A stretch of DNA of 62,688 nucleotides, counting the filler, from Choristocarpus tenellus KU-1152 (Eukaryota > Protista > Phaeophyceae), in NCBI GenBank assembly GCA_964200185.2. It is 10 parts of 10 records of this genome, joined end to end, with 100 filler letters (N's around TTAATTAATTAA, not from the genome) between each part and the next. Parts side by side here need not be neighbours in the genome. Positions count along the whole stretch, not along the records: positions 1 to 4,386 come from CAXNAD020014794.1; positions 4,487 to 8,176 come from CAXNAD020018498.1; positions 8,277 to 23,076 come from CAXNAD020001110.1; 7 more parts are not named here. One strand, written 5' to 3'. A program made the translations under genes and the position numbers. Numbering within the stretch: the stretch's first letter is position 1; each line of letters starts with the position of its first letter. The notes under the pieces were generated by a model, which was not told the DNA's origin, did no database searches, and was given only the letters and a program-made list of their open reading frames with translations. Of the stretch, positions 1-11,600 are shown one piece after another.

Positions 1-13
1 CCAAGACCGCCTG

Positions 14-3000
14 TTGCCCGAAAACACCATGACAGTTGCTTCCACAGCAAGGGGGTGGCTTTTGTCGCCTGCGTCTCCCCCTGTGTTGCCCCCTCACCAG
101 CCCGCCAACAATGATGCGCTGGAGCTTTCTACCAATGACGCTTCGGTGACTGGCGCCAAGCTTCGCCGAGAATGGGCTCAACCCATCCCGGTCAATGAAC
201 AGGGTGACTGCTGCAAGCACTTAGCCTGTGTGAAGAAGTTCGCGGCAGATAGCGAGTCCTTCCTTGCACGCACCTTAACCAAAGAGCAGGACATCATCCG
301 GGCGTGTGAGAACCGCCGCGATTGCAAGCACTTCGTTGGCGACCGTGTACCTGTGATTAAGTTGGGGCCTGGAGGCGGATCTATGCTCGCGGCCGGCATT
401 CCCATCTGTACGCAGTTTTTCAAGGCATCGTTCAGAATATCCAATAATGTCATCGACGCTTGCAAAAACACACCTAACGCAAGAGCATCCACCAGCATGG
501 AGAGGGGGGTTTGATGTACGTACACAGTGTTATTTGTACCCGGTATAGATCAATGCCTTCTTGATGATTGAACACTAGTCCTATCTGAGAACAATGTAAT
601 CCGACCGTACTCACCACATTCACTTTGCAGTTACCACGCCTAGATGTCTGATATTCAAAGTTAGAGATCCCTCCAGTGTGGAGTTATGTGTTACTTATGT
701 GTGTATATACGCGTGCGATATGTTTTTTGTGCTTCAACAATATCGTCTCATCCGGCCGTCACCACACTGCTGCAACAGTTACTAAGCGTAAATATATGCA
801 GAATTAGAGATCCGCTGCTGGCACACGATACCTCTAGGATTCCATCCCTCGTCCCTTGTATCCACCTCCAACACATCTCTCATCCATTTATATACATACG
901 TGCGCTACTACAACGGGAACGGCACGAACAAAGATAAGGACATGACTCCGAAGCGAGACCTGGTGATGTCCTGGATAGACTACTGGGCTGATACATACGG
1001 GCAGTTCATGCCTCACAGGTCTACAATTGTGATCTACGCCGTGAACAAAGAGGTAGGTTTTGCCCTTGGTTGTGGAGAGGTTGGCCGCACCCTGTGTTGG
1101 AGTTAGTTGCAAACCGTGTGACCCAGCAGTGCGTAGAAGAGGTGGATTGAAGTTTTATTTCGAGTGGTGGATGTTTATTACTTTAACCAGTCTGATATTA
1201 TGGTTAAAAGAACATGTGAAGGTTCGTACCAAGGGCTATCTTTTTCGTTTGCTGTCGAGACTACAATGTTGATGATGATAATCTTTGTCGCTTTTTTACA
1301 ACTCTGAGCAGATTTATTTGATTTACGGACGTAATGTAGCTCTCCCCCATTCGCCAGATTATCCAAGCGGATCGGCTGGTCATCGCCAACAGTACCAGCA
1401 GCGCCATGCGGGCCAAAGCCGACGGCAAACCTCTCGACTTCGTAATCATATCCGTAGACGCCGCGAACCAGACAGCACACGCCCTCCCAGCACTTCGCCC
1501 ACCTACCCACGGCGGTGACAGGTAACCACACGCACGCATAGTCCATCCGACAACAACTTTGCAGCCGCACACGGAACAGAATAGACGACCATGTTTTATG
1601 CTACGAATGAGTGCAAAGTCCCAAGAAATAATCGCCAAAACAAACGCACATAATTCCACTACCTATTCCGTTCATCATGATGACCTCTCTTTACAAGTTC
1701 CTTTCGTTCATGTCCCCCCTATCAGGGGCTACTCCAAGCGCCAGAAGATCATGGCCGCACACGTCGAAGGCCAGTTCGTGGAGGTGTTCTTCACTCCTAC
1801 CAATCTTGGAGGAGGTACGTATTGTGGGTCGTGGCGAGCAAACACATGACCGAATAGATGCTGGTTGCGCACGCACCACTTGATTTACCGTCGCGGCGAG
1901 TGGACCTGCCGTAGGGTAAATCCGTAAGGACGAGTACATCCTTACACGATGTGCCTGCAGATACCGCAGGCCTAGTGAACAGTCGATTAACTGATGATGC
2001 GCTGTGCTCCCCTGCCCTCCTACGCCTCACCTTAGAGTTATAGGGCGAGAGGAGCGTAAGAGCTAATCAACGGGTGGTGGAGATCACAGACATGTACATC
2101 AGCCGTATGGGTGTATGTGCTCTACATTGCATAAACAAATAACATTACCCCTCTTTTTAGCTCCAAATAAACAATGCGTAAGTGAGCAGAGTACGTTTTG
2201 CCAACAGTTGTTGGACATCATTGTTCGCGCAGGTTGTAACCTTGTCTGCACAGCCACCCACCTTGCCCTCACAAGGCTTATCGACAAGTACCACAACAGC
2301 CTCGATCACGCGGGGAATTGCATCATCCAGCACGCGCATTGGCAGGTAAGAAGGTTTCATCTTGACACAACCTACTCAACACATACTCGCTGAATACCGG
2401 TCACCAAGTAACTAACTGCACGGTCTTTAGTTTTGGTTTGTGTGTTGCAACCCGCATGTATGATGGCGGTGATGTAGAGATTGAGTTAAAGTATCTTAGA
2501 GGGTACGATGTTTGCCCTGTTTGTCCATATGGGACTTGGCTTTCCACAGGTGTTTAATGACTTTTTCCAACTCCGATATGTTTCGGAGTAGATAAAATTT
2601 GCACGTGATGAAAAGGTGTGTCTGGAACAAGGATATTGACACTTCCTCAAAAACATGATAGTCAAAATTACATCAAAATCGGAACATTCGAATTTGACCC
2701 CGAAATGGATGCGGCTCTACCCTCTAAGATACTTTGGCTCGATTGCGATCTAGCAATACTGGAAACCTACCCTGTTCCTCCACGAAACGCGGCGAAATGG
2801 GCTGACATATCGGCCTCACACCTATCCCTCCCTCGCTCCCAACTCCCCAAACTGGCCAGGTCGACAACTGCGTCTCAGAGAACAAGAACAATTTCTTTCT
2901 CGGATATGCGGGGCTGTTGGTTACGGCGAGTGTCATTCGTGTGGTCGAGATACATTTTATGATGGTGGGGCACGCACATCAAGATCGATCAGATCTTCTC

Positions 3001-4386
3001 CAGGTAATTAGGCAAGATATATATGCAAGTTCGATAGCCACATAGTGTTTTTATATGTTCAGATACTGCCTTGAGGCTCTCAGCTCACGCTTGTTATATC
3101 CATGGAAGGTTTATGGTCATACGCTGTAATTGATAGATTGACTTTTGATTTCCCCACAACAAAATTGAACGATAAGAGCATCTGCCAAAACTGTTTCGTA
3201 ACCTACTCTCGAAACAAAACAACGAAAAAAAAAGTACGTATCACCCCTTTTCATATCTATACTTCCATATACATGCATCGGAGCATGTGCCTGCATATAT
3301 ATCTTGCTTCTCCACTTCGTTTCTTTCGCCGCCGCCTCGAAATTAACTTCCTTCCATTTCACCTTCAGGTTCTCACGTGGTATAAAAGGGAAGAACATAT
3401 TCACAAGAACACAGCTGGGTGAAGATCTGCAGGCCTCTTACACCGAGGTTCCAGTCTACTGCAAGACCCTACGGAACAAGGGAAACTTTAAGGGACTCCT
3501 TTGCCGTCACGTCAACCGTGTCCCCAACATCACGAGCTACAGGGCTTTTCACGTTGAAAAAGGCGGTGATGGGTGGGTTAAGGTTAGCATAAAGCAATAC
3601 ATGCACAGCACTGAATGGAGTGGGATAGGCGGAGACCTTGCTATGGACCCCAACGCCCCTCTGCACGACCTCTTTATCGGCCACCCACCTCGTATCCAAG
3701 ATGCACCACCCTACCAGCTCAAGAGCGTTCCCGAAGACATCATCCTGAAGGTGGAGCAGCTGTACCAGGCGTCGCATGAGTGCCTCGCTGCTGCGTACCC
3801 ACTGGGTAAGTCGATTTTTTCGTGAGGGGGGTTGATGGCTAATTTTTGTAGTCGGTGGCAGCCAACAAAATCAGGTGCAACTTCTGTACGAGGCAGCCGT
3901 TATAGCCTTTACAAAAACAATCTTGAAAAATATTGCACTCTCATGTGTAGTGATCATCACATGTTACAATAAAAAGTACCATAGATTACCCCCAAGAAAT
4001 GTTTTGAGGGTACCGGTCTTGTACTCAACAGACACGAATCCGACGAAATATACACTCTCCCTCTCACCGCATCCTCCCCGAGCGCATTCGTGAAACCTCA
4101 CGCCTCGTAACAAAGTAACATTCATGCTTCCATACCGTTGATGTTCTCGTGCTCATGGATTCCACCTTCGCAGACGATGAAATCGTTCAGAGAGTGAAAC
4201 ACGAGCAAAGCGAGTCTGTGCGGCTTCTCAAAAAGACAGGGGAACGAGATTTCGACCTTCCAGTCCATTGGCTTCCCACCGATGACGATGGCACTGGAAC
4301 TAGCACCAGCGACGTCGAAGACACCGACCAGGGAAAACGTTCGGGTGGAGGAGATAATCTCATCAGCGGTGACAATGATCTCGGCG
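14..4386 (+). pseudogene. Intron-containing Sola-like (DUF7869-type) DDD transposase, frameshifted
   Basis: Exon-borne motifs occur in the expected order: CCKHLAC and ICTQFFKASFRIS (14-514); WADTYGQFMP (900-1050); ISVDAANQ (~1450, first Asp); GCNLVCT..(~2232-2345); VDNCVSENKN..FMMVGH-[frameshift]-HIKIDQIFSR (2860-3003); RFSRGIKG.. (3370-3805). cacgcacatcaagatcgat at ~2971 lacks 2 nt relative to GHTHIKIDQ. Confidence 0.75.
2483..2740 (+). mobile_element. MITE family A (258 bp), complete, in a transposase intron
   Basis: TIRs GAGTTAAAGTATCTTAGAGGGTA / TACCCTCTAAGATACTTTGGCTC; flanked by GATT on both sides (4-bp TSD). Confidence 0.9.
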
Positions 4387-4486
4387 NNNNNNNNNNNNNN
4401 NNNNNNNNNNNNNNNNNNNNNNNNNNNNNNTTAATTAATTAANNNNNNNNNNNNNNNNNNNNNNNNNNNNNNNNNNNNNNNNNNNN
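4387..4486. other. Artificial contig linker (N44-TTAATTAATTAA-N44); also at 8177-8276, 23077-23176, 25726-25825, 30320-30419, 34514-34613, 38131-38230, 55719-55818, 58490-58589
   Basis: Identical 100-bp spacer with a six-frame stop cassette, nine times. Adjacency across these linkers is not biological evidence. Confidence 0.98.
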
Positions 4487-4646
4487 CGATTCCTCCCCCC
4501 GCGGCCCCAACTCCCCCCCCGGGGGTACCCCCCCCCCCCCCCCCCCAGATACTTTGAGCCTCAACCTCGTAACTCCTTCTTCTCCCTCTTATTCCCCCAT
4601 CTACATAGATTGCTGCCTGTCTCTAATCCTGGAAGGTGCGTCTCAC

Positions 4647-7600
4647 CAGCTAACACAAAATACCCGAGAAGTGTGGCCCCTTAGTACATACTGCGCCGGT
4701 GAGCCTGGGCTGGAGACTTCGAGCACACGAACGGTTGCGTCCTCTCAGAAGAGCATGGGTTGTTATTAAATCATAGGGAGAACAAGTTTATGCAGATTTT
4801 AGACTTTGTGTGTAAGGTAACACAGTTTCAAGACATTTTCGTGTATGCGTGTGTTGATGGTTTGTTTGTTAGACCATCCTATGTCATAGTCACCGACATA
4901 CAACTGCACTCATCTTCTTCGCCTCTTGGATACGATATACTCAGGAGTATATATTTATATGTGCTAGGGTTAGGGTAAGGCTTAGATGTGTACCCCAACT
5001 CTGTCAACAAACAAGAGTGAAGGAAAGTAGGGACACGAGACAGGCTGCAGAGTACCAATCACCTTGAAAGAAATACAAAGAGAGCGCAAACGGCTACACT
5101 AGGGTAGAAGTTAATATGTTAACATTTATTCAATTATTATGTTAACAACAAGTAGAATTGTTCAAACAAAATCAATGCTTAGATTCTGTGAGAGGATTCA
5201 CTGTTGATAGTACTGAAATTATATGTAGGCGTCAAGAACTGGTCCCCTCTTTGGGATGTCCGACATTGATAAGGGCAATGCTTGCAGTCATATGCGTTTG
5301 ACAAAGATCCAAAGTGTTTTAGAGGGTAGGAATTTTGCCCTGTTTGTCTGTTCGGGGCTTGATTTCCCACGGGTTTTGTATGCCCTTTTTCGGCTTTCTG
5401 TGTGAACACAGTTACCCAAAAAGTATACGACTACGAAAGGTGTGTCTGGAGCAGGGGTATGGACACTTGCTAACGAACGCGATAGCCAAAATTACATCAA
5501 AATCACAACATTGGATTTATGACCCCAAACGGACGCAGCCCTACCCTAACCCTAACCTTGTCCCCCATCATGCCTCGACCTGATGAATATGCTTGTACTA
5601 TTTATATATATTTTTGGCATAATTTGACACAGCTCAAAACAGGAAAAAACAAGTAGTAGTAGGGTTTGACGACGGAGTGCTTATCTCCCGCAAATAATTG
5701 TTACCACCACATTTAATTTGAAACATCGATAATTCTTGACATTTAATTTAGTACATGTGGAGATGAATAAAATCAATCAATCGATCGATCGTTCATAATC
5801 AAGGTTATATGTTTTGTGCATATGATTTGTACTACATGCTTACAACCTCACATGGCAAGAGACTGCAATGATACTGGGGTGTTGTGGGCACCACCTGCAC
5901 CCAGAAAGAGGGCATCGAAAGCCAAAGGTTCGGAGGACCTTTCCATCGTCCCTGAAGATAACCAGGCTGTGCATTGTGTAGCGCACACAGTCATTGTTCC
6001 GTGGCCGGCCCAAAGCAGACGTTGCCCAACAGTGGCCATGTATGTGGCCGTGGGTAGGAAATGTAAACATTGTGGATAGGGATGGTGCACAGGGGTAAGA
6101 CTTATTGGGGGGTTAGGGATATGAGGAATTCATGGTACATACAGCTAGGGGGCGAAACACTGTGTAAGAAAGTGTCAAGAAGTTTTCATTGGTGAGTTGA
6201 TGCAAGAAGAGGGTTGACATCGTTAGAAGCAAGACTGACTGTAAGCGCTGTGTCAGCTGCTAGGGGGACACGAGTGTATGTTGGCCAAAGTGGTACACAT
6301 GGTGCTATGTCTCCTGGGAGATACAAAATATATAATAAATATATGTATGTACCATTTTTTCCTTTGTTTCTTCTTTACTGCACTGCACATATTTCGTTGG
6401 TGTATACTTGGAAGGGCTTCTGATACAATAAACTGCTGCAAAGTATGAGCCTTTGGCAGTTTCTTGCTCTACCAGCACATGTCAATGCTAGATCTCCTCT
6501 GATTATTGGGTGGGGAAGGGATGCAGAAGTCCAGGTGGGGAAAAAATGGAAGGATGGCCTGTGTTTCATTCCGTTACACTGTCAATAGACTACAAGCATT
6601 AAAACAACAAACACCAGTTTTGACGCTTTCACTATATATAACAGGTTTCACAATACAAAATATCCTCCTCTTGTGACCCCTAATGTCTCAGTCAGTGTAA
6701 ATCAAACATTATGCACACCACCGGTGGTAAGAGTATCAGAGGGGAGCAATTGGGATAGCGCATCGGGGTCGCCAAAACCTACTGATGAACTGATGAGGTG
6801 AAATAGTTCCGTAGGGTCTATTGTACATCAGTGAGTCGCAACCTCTCAGGAGTTTTTTTCCCCCTAATATTTTGAAACAAATGATGTATGAGATGATTGC
6901 ATGGATGAAGACTAAGGGAAGAGCACTGCCATCGGGCGGTGGTTCAGCACACAGAACAGAGCATTGGTGCAAGGGTCATCTGAAGAAAAATAAAAATCGC
7001 GCATGGCAACATACCCTTGTGAGAAATCATCAGAATGTGAATCTGCAGCACCAACTTCTTTTTTTAAATTACTTTGGTTACACATAAAAAAAAAAACTGA
7101 GGCCCACCTGGTATTTGTTCCTATTAATTCCAAAGAGAAATATATTTTTCTCCGCGTCATATTATTGATGTGCTCATTCCTATTTCCAAGTGAAACTTGA
7201 AGTACAAAACTCTGTACTCAAGAGAGTGTATCATATATTACTGCTATCCATCTTCTATCTCTTAGCCATCCTATCTTGATGTGAATACATTTTGCGGCTT
7301 TGAGGTATTCAGCGATTGTTGAACTTTTTTTCCTGACACCCCATTCTCATGCCTGAGATACACTAACCCCCCCCATTAGGAGGCTATGTCTGTAGAATAG
7401 AAGATAAACATTAATTCACCTATGCACTCATTCGCCCTTCAGAGTACTACTATATAGAAGGACTATACCAGAAGGCAGTCGCAGGGGCCTTCAATACTCA
7501 ACGACATCCCCTTCTAAGTTACCAAAGATTACCCTTCCAGGAAAACATGCTTCTGGCCATGAGTCACATATGGGGCAAGATCGATCCTTTCATGGAACTC

Positions 7601-7774
7601 TTACAAATAAGTACAAGAATTGAGACCAACAATGTATATTCAATACCTTCCGTCTGCGCTGGCTGAGGCAAGTCTGTGGGAACGTCTGGGACCCCAGTCA
7701 ACTGCAAAAGCTGCCTTAGAGTGCAGGGTCAGCTTTTGGTATGCTTTCCCACTCTCAACATCCCAAATCCACAC
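4647..7774 (-). CDS. WDR17: WDR17-like WD40-repeat protein, internal fragment; exons 7774-7647, 5966-5852, 4741-4647
   Basis: Phase-compatible AG/GT exons splice to VWIWDVESGKAYQKLTLHSKAAFAVDWGPRRSHRLASASADGSLVIFRDDGKVLRTFGFRCPLSGCRWCPQHPSIIAVSCHDATVRVLEVSSPGSPAQYVLRGHTSRVFCVSW, colinear with the WDR17 segment ..DGKVLHKY..GHTAKVFHVKW as I recall it. Confidence 0.8.
5306..5548 (+). mobile_element. MITE family A, diverged, right TIR replaced by CCCTAA repeats
   Basis: Aligns by eye to 2483-2740 (..gatagccaaaattacatcaaaatc..gaccccaaa); ends taccct-aaccctaacc. Confidence 0.75.
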
Positions 7775-7911
7775 CTAAGTGCACATTTTGTGGGAGGTGA
7801 TGGATCAGAAGCTTTGTGCAGAGAGAGGAATGCAGGCGAATTCAAGCTGGTATAAAAATTCTTCAGGCAACAGAAAGACTCGAGAGAGGAGAAGACCTCG
7901 AAACACAAGAA

Positions 7912-8176
7912 GGCTCAAAGTATCTGGGGAGGGGTGGCAGCTGTACACTTTGGGCCCATTTTTCTACGTCGTGAGTTTTGGGTGATTTTGTGGGTGAGAG
8001 TATCTTAGAGGGTTCGAGTTTTGCCCTGTTTTGTCCATTTGGGGCTTGGCTTCCCATGTTTTTTTTTAATGACATTTTCCTACTCCAAAATGTTTAGGAG
8101 TAGGTAAAATGTTTACGTTATGAAAAGGTGTCTGGAACATGGATATTGACACTTCCTAACAAACACGATAGCCAAA
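7912..8176 (+). mobile_element. MITE family B (7912-7991) interrupted by nested family A (7992-contig end)
   Basis: GGCTCAAAGTATCTGGGG start and B body up to gggtgattttgt, then GGGTGAGAGTATCTTAGAGGGT and the A body. Confidence 0.85.
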
Positions 8177-8333
8177 NNNNNNNNNNNNNNNNNNNNNNNN
8201 NNNNNNNNNNNNNNNNNNNNTTAATTAATTAANNNNNNNNNNNNNNNNNNNNNNNNNNNNNNNNNNNNNNNNNNNNAAAAAAAGCCACCAAGACAAGGGG
8301 TTTGTGTAGATTTTTTCGATAGCTTTGGGCAAA

Positions 8334-8515
8334 AGGGGGTGGGGGGGGGGGGGGGGGTGGCAGCTGTCCACTTGGGGTCATTTTTTTCATGTCGCTACTT
8401 TTGTGTGATTTGGTTGGATACATCGGATGGATAATACAAGTGCCCTTTTCCTGGTTATGGACCAAATGGACACCCTGGTGCAGACCCTCCCCCCCCCCCG
8501 CAGATACTTTGGGTC
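8334..8515 (+). mobile_element. MITE family B at contig start
   Basis: B body, ends ccccgcagatactttgggtc. Confidence 0.8.
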
Positions 8516-8658
8516 ATTATGTGAACTACTTGTGCACGTGCACATGCACATACAGACAGACAGACATACCCACACACATACACACACACACACATACACA
8601 CATACACAAACAAACAAACAAACAAACATACCTGCATACACACATCTGCATCTTGCAG

Positions 8659-11600
8659 GACCCCTCTCGGGCTGGCAACTTCCGTTGCACTTCCCTGTGC
8701 CCCACCCTAGGGGGCAATGACTGCCCAGTCTTAACAGCAACCGCTCCAATCAGGACAATAGAGAATCTTTGGCAACGCCCAGCCATAGTGATCATGAGCA
8801 GGGTGCACCCAGGAGAGAGCAACGGAAGCTATGTTTGCCAGGGTTTCCTGCGATTTATCACCGGTCAGCACCCTGTGGCTCAAAAGCTACGCAGCTGGTT
8901 TGTCATAAAGGTAAGACAATGAAAACGGGGCGTGGTTGAAGAAAACTTGTGTGAGGCACACATGTGAAGATTACTGTGGTCCGTTTTTGCTTTGGTCTCA
9001 TTTCCTTAGAGTCCCAGCAAAGAAGGGTGCATTTTCGTGTTACTTTTTGAGGGTGTATTGTAGTGTGGAACACCATTATATCTTTGCAACAACAAACTAC
9101 AGGAAGTGTTGGAGTGAGTATTTGGTTGTAGAGATAGAGATACAAGGAGAGTGAAAGGGGAAGGACATAGGTTGTAGAGTGAGAATTGCGCCTTCAAGGA
9201 ATTAAAAAATAAAATGAGTACCAAATATGTCTGGAACACTCACTTTCTTGTTCATTTGGAAAGTGTGTTACCAGGATTACCCTATATGACTACAATAGTG
9301 ACTAATCATTGCAGGTACAGCGGTGTCCTATGAATGTACAGCACGGTGCACATGTTGCAAACAATGCTACCAGTAGTACCAGTGGATAACTTTCACCCCT
9401 ATGTTGAAGAGTACTTGTTCATTGACCTGTATGAATACTCTTCTCTATCCTCCATATTTTAGGATTCTTGTTTGGGAATATGAATAATCTCAACACAAAC
9501 TTAGTAAGCTCAGTATCCCTCACCCCCCTGTGTCCTTCTTGCTGTATGTCTTACCTCCACCCCTCCCGTATCCAAGGTCATACCCATGTTGAACCCTGAT
9601 GGTGTCATCAACGGAAACCATCGTTCATCCCTTGCAGGGTGTGACCTAAACAGGCAATGGTCAAGTCCAGATCCACACCTGCATCCTGTAATTTATGCAG
9701 CCAAGGCCATGGTGCGAAAGGCGGTGAAAGAGAGGGGTGTCCCAATCGTTGTGGATATCCATGCCCATAGGTGAGAACTGAATGAAGGTAAGTCCGTGCA
9801 AAAAGAGGATAGGTAGGTGATAGTACGTATCTCCCTTCGACATTGGTGGTTGGGGTGAAGGCTTGGAGACTGTTCTTCTGAGTCTTACTCTATGTGGAAT
9901 AATACGGTTCTGGGGACCAGTGTCTCTTGGGCATGGAATTTTCGTGTTTGTGTTCTTGTGAACTGCGAGCAGCGGGCATGAGAGGGTGATTGACAAACGG
10001 CTATTGATTTACAGGAGGTTGATACTTGCAAGAGAGCACTTTGTATGGCAGTGTTGTTCCCTAGACAAACTATATCTGTGTCTGGCTACAAAGAAAAGTT
10101 TCTTGGCATGTACTTATAAATCCCACTTCTTCTTATGCATCCACCCCTAATTCAATCCTACTGTCTTGACTGTGTGAAAGAGCAAAGAAATCAACATAAT
10201 TATAATTCACTGGCAGGAAGTTTTGTGTGTTGCCATCAAAGAAATAGGAGAAGGAACAGGCAAGAGCCAATTGCACTAGAGAATAGCAGAAAATTTTGTG
10301 GCTGGTTGACATGCAGCTCCTACGGGATAGGGTAAGAGCTAGAGTTGGAGATAGAGGAGTGGAAAATATTGTTCAAGCTGTTGGGTTTTGAAATTACTAT
10401 TACTTAGACACCAAAATAATTCAAACATAAAATTTGGTTATACCAATAGCTATGATATGAATACGTTTGCTTCTCTGAACCATGGAGGTCATGGCTCAAC
10501 CATGAAATCCAGCTCTATATTTCGACTGTGGTTTCTGTCTTTTGCTTAATCATATTTTGAAGTAAATGTGTTACTATTTTACCTCCCACCAAGTTGTGTC
10601 GAGGATCTGTGAGCCACAGACAGCAAGTCTGGAAGAAACACTTCAAACTATTTGAATTTACTCAGCTGATATATCCTGATCACTGTAACTGTGGACTGAC
10701 CCTCAAGCCGAGGTGATGCCAACAACTGTCCATCAATACCACTTTCTTCACGATAATAACTTTGAGGTTCAAACTCAGTCTAGTTTTCAAGAGATGCATC
10801 CAACAGCATGGCAACAAAATTCGTCTGGAAAAACTCTGATTTTTTGAAGAGGGTAGGCAACCATGAGTGCAAAGGGTTGGGGGTAGGGCAATTTGAAGCT
10901 AAGAGACATTCAGGCTAGTGAGGGTTCTTCGAAGAGGAGTTTGTCTTGCCTCTTTTGAGAGTGGTATCCCATTCTGTAAGACTACCCCGTACCAATTGGT
11001 TTACTTCAATAATTCCTGAAAAGCAGCATGTAGTACTACTTGTTGATGTTGAGACTATCTTATTGGCTGATAAGAATTTTCTCCTTGCAAGACTCTCTTG
11101 CTTACTGTGACCTACAGTGAGCATATGCAGTTTTAGTCATTTGGACACAGCATTATGATACTGATCACGTTTATTAGTAATGTTGCGTTCATTTTCATCA
11201 CACCATTTGAAGATTCACAGTTTGATTTGTGTATTGTGGTTCATGATATTTTGATTTCATGTTTTCGCCACAACCTCTTGTGATATCTCAAAATGAAAAA
11301 TATATCGTGTAAAAACTTACAGATCTTTTCACTGTATCCTACTGATGTCAATCCTCTGGTTTTCTTTACCAGCATCAAACCCTCTTCCCTGTGTACGCCT
11401 CCCCTGAATCCAATTACCACAACCTCCACCAACCCCACACCACCAAGCAAGCCTCCTGAAAAATCCCCTCTTGTGCTCTACAGTCGAAAGGAAGGCCTGT
11501 TCATGTATGGCTGTGCATCAGCTTCTGAGTACCTATCTGATCCTGTGGCGCCATTTCCCACACAGTCAACTGCCCTCCTGGACCCACCAGATGCCCCTTC

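Noticed and set aside
2618-2962. Recurrent small ORFs such as SGTRILTLP.. (also 12244, 12278, 12888, 20711, 57367)
   Set aside because: Chance translations of non-coding MITE copies.
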